Source: an uncultured Chloroflexota bacterium
GTDB taxonomy: Bacteria; Chloroflexota; Anaerolineae; Aggregatilineales; Phototrophicaceae
Direction of reading: 5' to 3'
Length of the DNA: 34,894 bases
Assembly (NCBI GenBank): GCA_903877335.1
Contig: CAIRDJ010000059.1
Location: 1 to 34,894, forward strand
The notes beneath the pieces are model-generated. The model saw nothing but the letters and a program-made list of their open reading frames with translations. It was not told the origin of the DNA and did not search any database. Both the position numbers and the translations under genes were made by a program. This document shows, piece by piece, positions 8,928-16,854 of the stretch; positions within the stretch are counted from its first letter, which is position 1; each line of letters starts with the position of its first letter.

Positions 8928-11549
8928 ATGAAGGTCACTTTTGTGAACAACCAGCAGTATAGCTCTAGCGCAATTTATCCCCCAAGCCACAGCATTTCAG
9001 GTTTAGCTTGTATCGCACACTTGGTAAAACTTCAGGGTCACACCACACCTAGCTTTCCACAAGTGGATGAGCGTGAACTTCAACAAGCCAGTGCCTTGCA
9101 AAAAGTGGCAAAGCAAATGGGGTTGGAATCACACATGATGCTCATTGCCAAAGACCATCTGGAAGAGTTGGCGGAAATAAATGCCCCCATCCTCATCCCC
9201 TTGCTTTCTGAGAGGTTGAATCAAGTTGAGTGGGCGATTCTTTGGAGCAAACGAGGTAATCTCTTCGAAGTATTAGACCCACAACTTGGGCGACGGTGGC
9301 TATCAACGGCGCAGTTGAATGAATTGATGCACCAAGCATCCATGACCATTTCTAGTCAAACATGGACGCAACTTGTTCAAAGTGAGTTGTTTCTGAAGGG
9401 AACCGCACGTTTGTTGCAGTCCCTACATTTGTCTGTTGAACACATCCAAGACTTGACCGAATCCTACCCTAGCCCAGAACAGATGCGGGTGTTGGATGCT
9501 GCCATCCGTTTTGTCGCGCAATTGACTCGTGAACAAGGTGGCATTTTCAAAGGGGAAGAGAGTTATCGCATGCTCAAATCCTTGTGTGATCGCTTTCTGG
9601 CACAACCGAGCGACCACCTTCTCCCCACCCGTTACTTCAGCGTGATTCCTCACCAAGAAAGCCAAGATTGGTTGTGGAGTGGGTATTGCGTGTTGGTCGT
9701 AGACGATTTTGCCGCCGTTGCACCCAGCGGTTCGGTGAACTGGCAACAGATTGTTGCCACGCTCAATCCCTTTCCACCACAGATTAGAAGTTATCTCACG
9801 AATCAAAGACTATTCCTTACCCTCACTTTTTCAGCTTTGCTATTGGGGGCACTAGGCACGTTCCTTCAAGTGATTCTATTGCGTGGGGTTTTGCTGGTTG
9901 TTGCACAAGTGGGGAACTTTGAACAACGATTACAAATTATTTTGGGCATTGCGTTGTTTTTCCTCATGCTGGGCTTGTTACGCTTAATGACCAACTTTGC
10001 CCTTGTGCGTTTAGGACATCAATTGGATGGGCGTTTGCGGACGACCATCTTGAACCTTTTGCCCACGCTACGTGACGATATTTTTCAGCATATTCCAATT
10101 GGAGACTTGGCAGAGCGCACCAGTAGCTTACGCGCGGTGCGCCATTTACCCTATTATTTTGGAGAGTCCGTCCAACTTCTCACTCAAATTGTGCTGACCG
10201 CGATCGGCTTGATCTGGTTGGATTGGGTAGTTGCTTTGTTGGCTATCGTGCGTGTTGCCATTTCGTTCAGCTTAATTGGCTTGGTGAATATTCTCAATTT
10301 GCCCAATAAGATTACTCGTCAAAATCTGGGATTGCTGGGACAGTTTCACCTAGACACCCTAATTTCTTTGGTGCCCATACGGTCGCATGTGGCAGAAGCC
10401 TCTACCACCCAGCAACATAACCACCTACTTGGACGGTGGTTAAAAGGTCGTTGGACGGAGCATCGCATTGAGATTGTGATTGAATGGGTGATAACCATAA
10501 ACTCCTTCTTGCTGGTGGCATTGATTATGTGGGTTTATTCGCTACGCACGACCACATCCAATTATTGGCTACTGGTGCTGTATTGGAGCATCTCATTGGA
10601 TGTTTTGGGCACACAACTGATGAACATCATCTTTCTTGCCCGTCGCGAGCGCAGCAAAGTCGAGCGATTCATGCAACTGGTTGATGATGCGAATCAGTCT
10701 GCGCCTTCCGCAACTACCTCCACCGTTCCCATCGACTGGCAATCGCAAGGTGTGAATATTCAACTGCGTGATTTAACTGTTCACCTTGAATCCCAAACAT
10801 TACTTCGTTCGATTAACTTAGACCTTGAAGCTGGCGAACATGTCGCGGTGGTGGGTTTGTCTGGCGCGGGTAAATCTACCCTAGCGAATTTGATGTTGGG
10901 GCTTTACACCCACTTTGATGGATTCTTCGTGGTTAATGGTCAACCTGTCACCCCTCAGCTGTTCGACACATTAAGGCAACATACCGTTTGGGTCAGTCCT
11001 AATGTCAAACTGTGGAACCGCACCTTGTTGGAAAATCTACAATATGGCGCGGCTAAACCATTCCGCTCTTTGGAAGAAACGCTCACCAAGTCGTCGTTGA
11101 ACACGCTCATCGAGCGGTTGCCCGAAGGGATGCAAACGATTTTGTTTGAGGATGGAAAGCGGGTTTCTGGGGGTGAACGACAAAAGATTCAGTTTGGGCG
11201 TGCTCTACAACGTGAAGATGTCCGCCTCGTGATTTTGGATGAACCCTTCTCTGAACTGAATCACCAACAACACCGTGAAATGCTGGAGCACAGCCGGGCA
11301 ACTTGGCGCGATGCTACCCTGTTATACATCACTCATGATCTGGAATTGTCCACCACTTTTAAGCGTGTATTGGTTGTCCATGATGGGCAGATTGCGGAGG
11401 ACGGGGTGCCACAGGACTTGTTAGATGAGCCTACCCTGTATGCCCGCATGCACGCCAGCGCAAAAAGTTGGCAAGAGGCAAAACAACAAATGGGGAATCC
11501 ACGCTATATTCGGCTTCAAGATGGAGTATTAAAAGAAGGTGTGCCATAG
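8928..11549 (+). CDS. ABC exporter (fused TMD-NBD) with an N-terminal peptidase-C39-like domain (bacteriocin/peptide-exporter family, COG2274-like)
   Basis: C-terminal NBD: Walker A 'GLSGAGKSTL', signature 'VSGGERQKIQ', Walker B 'ILDEPFSELN'. Central segment of about 6 TM helices. N-terminal roughly 150 aa resemble a C39 domain ('SGLACIAHL' near the Cys-motif position), but Trp replaces the expected His ('EWAILW'), so it is possibly a non-catalytic C39-like domain. Confidence 0.8.
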   Translation: MKVTFVNNQQYSSSAIYPPSHSISGLACIAHLVKLQGHTTPSFPQVDERELQQASALQKVAKQMGLESHMMLIAKDHLEELAEINAPILIPLLSERLNQVEWAILWSKRGNLFEVLDPQLGRRWLSTAQLNELMHQASMTISSQTWTQLVQSELFLKGTARLLQSLHLSVEHIQDLTESYPSPEQMRVLDAAIRFVAQLTREQGGIFKGEESYRMLKSLCDRFLAQPSDHLLPTRYFSVIPHQESQDWLWSGYCVLVVDDFAAVAPSGSVNWQQIVATLNPFPPQIRSYLTNQRLFLTLTFSALLLGALGTFLQVILLRGVLLVVAQVGNFEQRLQIILGIALFFLMLGLLRLMTNFALVRLGHQLDGRLRTTILNLLPTLRDDIFQHIPIGDLAERTSSLRAVRHLPYYFGESVQLLTQIVLTAIGLIWLDWVVALLAIVRVAISFSLIGLVNILNLPNKITRQNLGLLGQFHLDTLISLVPIRSHVAEASTTQQHNHLLGRWLKGRWTEHRIEIVIEWVITINSFLLVALIMWVYSLRTTTSNYWLLVLYWSISLDVLGTQLMNIIFLARRERSKVERFMQLVDDANQSAPSATTSTVPIDWQSQGVNIQLRDLTVHLESQTLLRSINLDLEAGEHVAVVGLSGAGKSTLANLMLGLYTHFDGFFVVNGQPVTPQLFDTLRQHTVWVSPNVKLWNRTLLENLQYGAAKPFRSLEETLTKSSLNTLIERLPEGMQTILFEDGKRVSGGERQKIQFGRALQREDVRLVILDEPFSELNHQQHREMLEHSRATWRDATLLYITHDLELSTTFKRVLVVHDGQIAEDGVPQDLLDEPTLYARMHASAKSWQEAKQQMGNPRYIRLQDGVLKEGVP

Positions 11550-11552
11550 ACC

Positions 11553-13826
11553 ATGAATCAACTCTTAGAAACAGTGCAAAATAGTCAAGTATTCAAGTTA
11601 ATTAGTGAATTTTGGGTCTCGACCAGCCAATCAAGCCCATTGATTGGGCTATTCGTGATTACCATGATCGGGTATTTTGGGGGGCGTTTACTCGCCAACC
11701 TTCTTTTTCTCATCATGCGTTCCAACGGAAGAACCGTCAACAAGCAACAACGAATGTTCTTGGGGTCCGTCTTCAATGTGTTTGGTTTGGCGGTTGCACT
11801 TGGTATTGGTATTCAACTGGTGCAATTTGACTTACGGGGGGAGACCTGGTTGTTCAACTTTTATGTTGTTGTCATGATCGGTAGCGTCCGTTGGTTTATG
11901 GTGGAATTGAGCGAAGAAATCAATCCGGCTATCTTGCGACGCTTAGGTTATGTGCTGTCAGTGCGCATTAGTTCTACGAGCTACTGGTTGGTAGCTTTCT
12001 TATATCTTGCGTATGTCTGGATTTCGTGGCCCATCCCCTGTGCTCCCCAGTGTGTGGGCGCGTCGCTGACCAACATCAACATGAGCGGCTTGGAATTACG
12101 CTTCGCAAACTTGACCAATGCCAACTTACGCAACTCAAGTTTTCAACGCGCTAATTTAACTGGAAGCAGTTTTGTTGGGGCGCAACTTGTCCGAGCAAAT
12201 TTTCGAGAGGCGAATTTGACGGGTGTGGATTTTTCTGGTGCCAACCTCACCTACGTTGATTTTGGCGGGGCAATTCTGGACAACACCCGCTTTGCAGGTG
12301 CCAATTTAACCGGCGCCAATTTAACCGCCGTTGACTTCAGCACGCTTGTTATTGATGGTGCCATTCTTGATGGAGCCAAATTGATTCAATCGAAAATGTC
12401 TGGCGTTGATTATCCTGGGGGTAGTCTAATAAGTGCTGATTTGACGAATGCCGACCTAAGCAATACCAATCTTCGCGGTACACAGTTTTCACGTGCAGAT
12501 TTATCTGGAGCGAATCTGTCGGGTTCCAAGTTGAACGGCTCGGTTTTCAACCTTGCTAACCTGGGTGATACGCACATGACCGATGCTGATTTAAGTGGCT
12601 CGCTGATGATTGGTGCAGATCTACTTTCATCAAATATGTCCAACAGTCGCCTGGTTGGCGTGAACTTCATTGGGGCGGATTTGTCGGGTGCGAATTTGTC
12701 CGGCACCAACCTCGCTTCTATTCTGCTCTTTAGAAGTGAGTTTGACGATAGCCTCGAAGTTACCGACGTAACACTGGCTTCGTTAAATGCCAGTGAATTG
12801 ACCGCCGTAATCAAGAATGCGGAGTATTCAGGAATCATCACGGATGAAAACGTGGTTTGGCCCACTGATAAAGAACGTCTCTTGAAAGATATTCTGGGGA
12901 TTCCATTTGTCTATGAAGTTGACCCTGAGTCCTTACTTGTTTCATTGCCCAAGCCCACCGAAGTGCGCGGAAATTTATCCATCTATGTCTCTGAAGACTT
13001 GAGTAGATTATATGATGTCGCGCTAGAAGGATTTTCAGAAAGTGGATTTCAAGGGACGATGAATCGGCATGCATTGGTGGAGGCAAACGAGTTTCTTGAC
13101 CTTTGCACCCAAACAGACCTTAATCTGGCAGTGTACACTTTGAATGTCCCATCAGAGGCGGATTTAGCAGTCTGCGAGTCCAACGGTGTGGCACTGTCAA
13201 GTTTTCCGATTGGCGCGCGGGTTGCTTTGGTGGCGGTGGTTAACCCCAAAAATACGGGGGCTACACAACTTTCCACAGGCAAGTTAGGCATAGCCCTCAC
13301 TGTAGAGCGGTGGAGCGATGTGGAAAGCTGGTTTCAAGCGGTCGATATTGAGCGTTATCTGCCCGTTCCAGAAACCCCCGGATTTGAGATTCTCTCGGAA
13401 TTGTTTACGGGAGGGCGCGATGACCTGCTGTTGGAAAGCAAAAATACATCGTTTGTCACGTCTAATGTTGATGTCATTTTGGGGGTAACATCCAATGAGA
13501 ATGCTATTGGGTTCCTAGACTATAACTACTACTTTGAGAATAAGACGTTGTTGACTGGACTGCAGTTGGACGGTGCGAATATTTCAGAGGAGTTGCCAAA
13601 AGCCTACCCCCTCGCTGAACCTATATTCATTTACTTCGATCAGAATCGATTAGTCAGTCATCCAGAATTGGTGTCCTACATCGGTTACTTCATCGCGAGA
13701 GTTCCTGCTGAACAAACCAACTTTGGTCAACTCACCTTAAACAACCATGTGCGCGTCTCCATTATTCAAGACTTGCATGACATGGCACAGCTTGAAACCG
13801 CAAACCCTACCAGTGAAGGATCATAG
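11553..13826 (+). CDS. Membrane-anchored pentapeptide-repeat protein with a C-terminal domain of unknown function
   Basis: ATG 3 nt after the upstream stop. About 4 N-terminal TM helices. About 45 consecutive pentapeptide repeats, A(D/N)L/F-x-x (e.g. 'ANLTNANLRNSSFQRANLTGSSFVGAQLVRANFREANLTGVDFSGANLTY'). A C-terminal segment of about 370 aa carries no motif I recognise. Confidence 0.8.
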   Translation: MNQLLETVQNSQVFKLISEFWVSTSQSSPLIGLFVITMIGYFGGRLLANLLFLIMRSNGRTVNKQQRMFLGSVFNVFGLAVALGIGIQLVQFDLRGETWLFNFYVVVMIGSVRWFMVELSEEINPAILRRLGYVLSVRISSTSYWLVAFLYLAYVWISWPIPCAPQCVGASLTNINMSGLELRFANLTNANLRNSSFQRANLTGSSFVGAQLVRANFREANLTGVDFSGANLTYVDFGGAILDNTRFAGANLTGANLTAVDFSTLVIDGAILDGAKLIQSKMSGVDYPGGSLISADLTNADLSNTNLRGTQFSRADLSGANLSGSKLNGSVFNLANLGDTHMTDADLSGSLMIGADLLSSNMSNSRLVGVNFIGADLSGANLSGTNLASILLFRSEFDDSLEVTDVTLASLNASELTAVIKNAEYSGIITDENVVWPTDKERLLKDILGIPFVYEVDPESLLVSLPKPTEVRGNLSIYVSEDLSRLYDVALEGFSESGFQGTMNRHALVEANEFLDLCTQTDLNLAVYTLNVPSEADLAVCESNGVALSSFPIGARVALVAVVNPKNTGATQLSTGKLGIALTVERWSDVESWFQAVDIERYLPVPETPGFEILSELFTGGRDDLLLESKNTSFVTSNVDVILGVTSNENAIGFLDYNYYFENKTLLTGLQLDGANISEELPKAYPLAEPIFIYFDQNRLVSHPELVSYIGYFIARVPAEQTNFGQLTLNNHVRVSIIQDLHDMAQLETANPTSEGS

Positions 13827-14861
13827 ATGACAACTGCTAACCCACTTCTAGCCGCGCTAAAGACTGCTACTTTGAACTTTAGGTTGATCGTAATTGTACT
13901 GCTCTTCCTCATTTTGGCAGGTTGCCGCTCTGTCGCGCCGGGGTGCCCTCCAGATTGTAAAGGCATCCGCCTTCGACAAGGCAACTTTTCGGGGATAAAT
14001 TTGTCTAATTCAGATTTGCGCGATGCTGAAATCCGCGGTTCTAATTTGGCAAACGCTAACTTTCGTGGTGCAGACCTCTCTGGTGCAAACCTGTCTGAGT
14101 CTTCATTAGTGGGTGCTGACTTCTCAAATGCCATCTTGGACGGCGCGATTTTTAGTGAGTCAAACTTGAGTGGCGCCATTTTAGATAACTCGCGCATGAT
14201 TGGAACGAACCTCAGTCGCGCTCAATTAATTGGGGTGGATTTTCGCACCGCTGAGCTTGCTGCCATAATCATGAACGAGTCCGTGTTGATCGGCGCGAAT
14301 CTTTCTGATCGCTCGCTTCAGGGTGTTCAGTTGATTGGGGCAGATTTACGCGGTGCCAGTCTCATCAATACGGATTTATCGGGAGCCACGTTAGGGATTA
14401 TCGCTGGGCGCGGAACCACTTTGCGAGGTGCGAACTTGTCAGGTGCGATTTTGGAGGGAGCCACGCTCAACGGGGTTGACCTTTCTGGGACCAACATGAG
14501 CGGCGTAAATTTGCGGGGGGCGGTCATTGGGCGACGCTCACGAGCCTTGGGCGCAAACCTTGAAGGAGCAAACTTAGAAAACGCTTTGTTGGAAGAAGTG
14601 AGTTTTGCGGGGGCGGATATGAAAGGAGTGAGTGTGGCTAACAGTTTGATCCAACGCATCCGTCTCAACGGCGCCCAACTGCACGATGCATCCTTTGAGG
14701 GTGCGTCGTTTGTGTTGACGCGCCAAGATGAGGCAGAGGAACGCCCAAGCTCCATCTTTGATTTGAATGGTGCCATCTACAATGAAAATACGGTGTTCCC
14801 AGCAGGCTACGAAGCACCGAGCAGTGCTCTGTTAGACGAACAGACTAGTAGCAACCCTTAA
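13827..14861 (+). CDS. Pentapeptide-repeat lipoprotein
   Basis: ATG immediately follows the upstream TAG (translational coupling). Signal peptide with lipobox 'ILAGC'. Nearly the whole mature protein is pentapeptide repeats ('SNLANANFRGADLSGANLSESSLVGADFSNAILDGAIF...'). Confidence 0.8.
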   Translation: MTTANPLLAALKTATLNFRLIVIVLLFLILAGCRSVAPGCPPDCKGIRLRQGNFSGINLSNSDLRDAEIRGSNLANANFRGADLSGANLSESSLVGADFSNAILDGAIFSESNLSGAILDNSRMIGTNLSRAQLIGVDFRTAELAAIIMNESVLIGANLSDRSLQGVQLIGADLRGASLINTDLSGATLGIIAGRGTTLRGANLSGAILEGATLNGVDLSGTNMSGVNLRGAVIGRRSRALGANLEGANLENALLEEVSFAGADMKGVSVANSLIQRIRLNGAQLHDASFEGASFVLTRQDEAEERPSSIFDLNGAIYNENTVFPAGYEAPSSALLDEQTSSNP

Positions 14862-14894
14862 CTTGAAGAACTTGCCCCACTGAATCGGGTTGGT

Positions 14895-14922
14895 GTAGAA
14901 GGGAAGTCGATTTCCCTTCTAC
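14895..14922. terminator. Perfect 11-bp inverted repeat (GTAGAAGGGAA-gtcgat-TTCCCTTCTAC) between convergent operons; putative bidirectional terminator
   Basis: Read directly from the sequence. Lies in the 76-bp gap between the + operon ending at 14861 and the - operon ending at 14938. No U-tract on either side. Confidence 0.45.
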
Positions 14923-14937
14923 GCCGCGGCAGTTTAC

Positions 14938-16380
14938 TTAGTTGCCGCCCGTGTTCTGCTGTTGCTGTTGTTGTTCTCCCGCGCCAAAGCCGCCCATCGC
15001 CCCAAACCCTTGTTGCTGTTGAGCGCCTGCGCCAAAGCCACCCATCGCCCCAGATCCTTGTTGCTGTTGTTGTTCTCCTGCGCCAAAGCCACCCATCGAC
15101 CCAAATCCTTGTTGCTGTTGTTCGCCTGCGCCAAAGCCGCCCATCGACCCAAATCCTTGTTGCTGTTGTTCGCCTGCGCCAAAGCCGCCCATCGACCCAA
15201 ATCCTTGTTGCTGTTGAGCACCTGCGCCAAAGCCACCTGTCGCACCAAATCCTTGTTGCTGTTGTTGAGCACCTGCACCGTCTAGTGGGGTAAATGCAGA
15301 GGGCGCAATAGGCGTTGCTAAGGAGAACGGCGCACTGTTGTCCAATGGCGAAGCTGAAAAATTAGTGGACGTGTCAGACACCAAATCATCTGGCAAAGGC
15401 AAAATCAAGGGGTTTTCACTGGGCAACAACATCACGCGGACATTTGGTGAAATTTTGTCAATATAGTAGTAGGTGAGTACCTCTGGGGACTCTTGCAACG
15501 CCTTGCCGATTTCACGCGCAGCGTTGGCTTGCGCAAGGGCGCGGATTTCTGTTGCGGTTGCATCCCCTCGGGCTAGGCGAATCTCACGCTCTGCTTGAAA
15601 CAATGCCGCTTCTTGTTGTTCTTTCGCCACTTGTTTGGCTTCAACTGATGCTGCATATTCTACCGAGAAAGTAATATCACGAATGAGGAATTGATCCAGC
15701 TCGAATCCTTTAAGCGTAAGCTCTTCGCGCAGCAGTCGTTCAAGCGTGGCTTCAAGTTCGGCACGGGAGGAACTATTGACCTCATTCACGGTGAATTTTG
15801 AAACCTCTGTGCGCACAAAGCCCCGCACTAACGGACGGATCAAATCATCGATGTAGCGATCTTGCCAATCCACATGCACTTGTGTCACTTGATTCACATC
15901 AATGCGAAAGATGGTGGAGGTGCTAAGGCGCACTTCTTGCCCGTCTTTGGTACGCGCTCGAATTGAATCATCCCCAATATCTTCCGCTGAACCCTCTCCA
16001 TTTGACATGGTGTAGGTTTGGTAGTAGATCGGGTAGAGTTGCACTTGCTCTAAAAATGGAATAATCACATGTAAACCGGCGCGAAGGGGCTGTTGGCGGA
16101 TACCATCAGGGGATAAAGCCGAAATCACCACGGCAACCGCAGCGGGTTGAATGAAGTTGACCGCGTATCCCAGTACGACAATTCCAAGCGTGAAGGTGAA
16201 CGGGATCAACACTTGCGCAGAAATAAGCCGCAGGAACGCAAGTACAAGCCCTTGTCGTGTCAAGGTGAGCACGAACAAAACTACGATGTAGATCACAAAT
16301 CCAACGACGGCAACATTGGATAGGATAGTAAGGAGCGTATCTATGTTAAATGCAATGAACGCCGATGAACTTGGCATCAT
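14938..16380 (-). CDS. SPFH/band-7 (flotillin/HflK-like) membrane protein with a C-terminal Gly/Gln-rich tandem-repeat tail
   Basis: N-terminal TM helix, SPFH-type core, and coiled-coil Ala/Glu-rich segment 'AKQVAKEQQEAALFQAEREIRLARGDATATEIRALAQANAAREIGKAL'. The tail is 7 repeats of a 16-aa unit. Start is probably the ATG-ATG at 16380/16377 ('MMPSSSAF...'); the upstream in-frame ATG at 16434 would overlap the NfeD-like gene. Confidence 0.75.
   Translation of the reverse strand: MMPSSSAFIAFNIDTLLTILSNVAVVGFVIYIVVLFVLTLTRQGLVLAFLRLISAQVLIPFTFTLGIVVLGYAVNFIQPAAVAVVISALSPDGIRQQPLRAGLHVIIPFLEQVQLYPIYYQTYTMSNGEGSAEDIGDDSIRARTKDGQEVRLSTSTIFRIDVNQVTQVHVDWQDRYIDDLIRPLVRGFVRTEVSKFTVNEVNSSSRAELEATLERLLREELTLKGFELDQFLIRDITFSVEYAASVEAKQVAKEQQEAALFQAEREIRLARGDATATEIRALAQANAAREIGKALQESPEVLTYYYIDKISPNVRVMLLPSENPLILPLPDDLVSDTSTNFSASPLDNSAPFSLATPIAPSAFTPLDGAGAQQQQQGFGATGGFGAGAQQQQGFGSMGGFGAGEQQQQGFGSMGGFGAGEQQQQGFGSMGGFGAGEQQQQQGSGAMGGFGAGAQQQQGFGAMGGFGAGEQQQQQQNTGGN
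14959..15272. repeat. About 6.5 copies of a 48-bp tandem repeat within the 3' end of the SPFH gene, encoding (GFG[AS]MGGFGAG[AE]QQQQ)n
   Basis: Near-identical 48-bp units visible in the DNA (e.g. 15121-15168 and 15169-15216 are essentially identical). Overlapping ORFs in the other frames and strand are artefacts of the repeat. Confidence 0.85.
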
Positions 16381-16405
16381 AGGGTCAACCTCGCTGTGTT
16401 CTGTT

Positions 16406-16852
16406 TTATCCGATAGCTTGCAACACTGCTTCAAATGGCGTTTGTTGATCTATGACGACCGTCACAACCCCATGCAACAGATTTTCGACCGCATAGCGGT
16501 GTTGATTTGTGAATTCGGTTTTCAGAATAACTTCACCGTTCAAATCATTTATTTCTAAAATGGCACTAGGAACGGATTCTATATTGCCATTCTTGTCCAA
16601 ATATTGAAATAGTGCAACGTCGCCGGCTTGAAGTTTACTTTTGTCGGCAGGCACGAAAATAGCCACAGTGCTGCGACTGTCCACGACCTGAGAATCCACA
16701 GAGTAGATTTTGACCGCCAGCGGAAAGGTGAAAAAACCAACAATCCATGCCAAAACCACCACAAGCAACAGCGTCATGACAATCAGGAGAAACACACGGT
16801 TCGTGCGTTGAAGCTCGATCAGAGAATAGGGAAGGTTATTTGAATCATTCAT
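16406..16852 (-). CDS. NfeD-like small membrane protein (SPFH-operon partner)
   Basis: 148 aa. N-terminal TM helices 'LLIVMTLLLVVVLAWIVGFFTF' followed by a beta-rich soluble domain. Lies immediately upstream of, and co-directional with, the SPFH gene, which is the canonical NfeD-stomatin/flotillin arrangement. Call rests on context and architecture only. Confidence 0.5.
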   Translation of the reverse strand: MNDSNNLPYSLIELQRTNRVFLLIVMTLLLVVVLAWIVGFFTFPLAVKIYSVDSQVVDSRSTVAIFVPADKSKLQAGDVALFQYLDKNGNIESVPSAILEINDLNGEVILKTEFTNQHRYAVENLLHGVVTVVIDQQTPFEAVLQAIG

Positions 16853-16854
16853 AA

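Noticed and set aside
8928-9400. Calling the N-domain of the first ABC exporter an active C39 bacteriocin-processing peptidase
   Set aside because: The expected catalytic His position reads Trp by eye-alignment, and the Cys context is atypical, so I describe it only as C39-like. Catalytic status needs profile alignment.
12410-14776. Three minus-strand ORFs (12410-12865, 13766-14197, 14327-14776) rich in Ala/Pro/Lys/Phe
   Set aside because: They are antisense to the pentapeptide-repeat coding regions. The periodic repeat creates long open frames on the opposite strand, so they are artefacts.
14934-15285. ORFs 14934-15278 (-) and 14962-15285 (+) with repetitive translations
   Set aside because: These are alternative-frame and opposite-strand readings of the 48-bp tandem repeat. 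The SPFH frame is the only one continuous with a recognisable protein.
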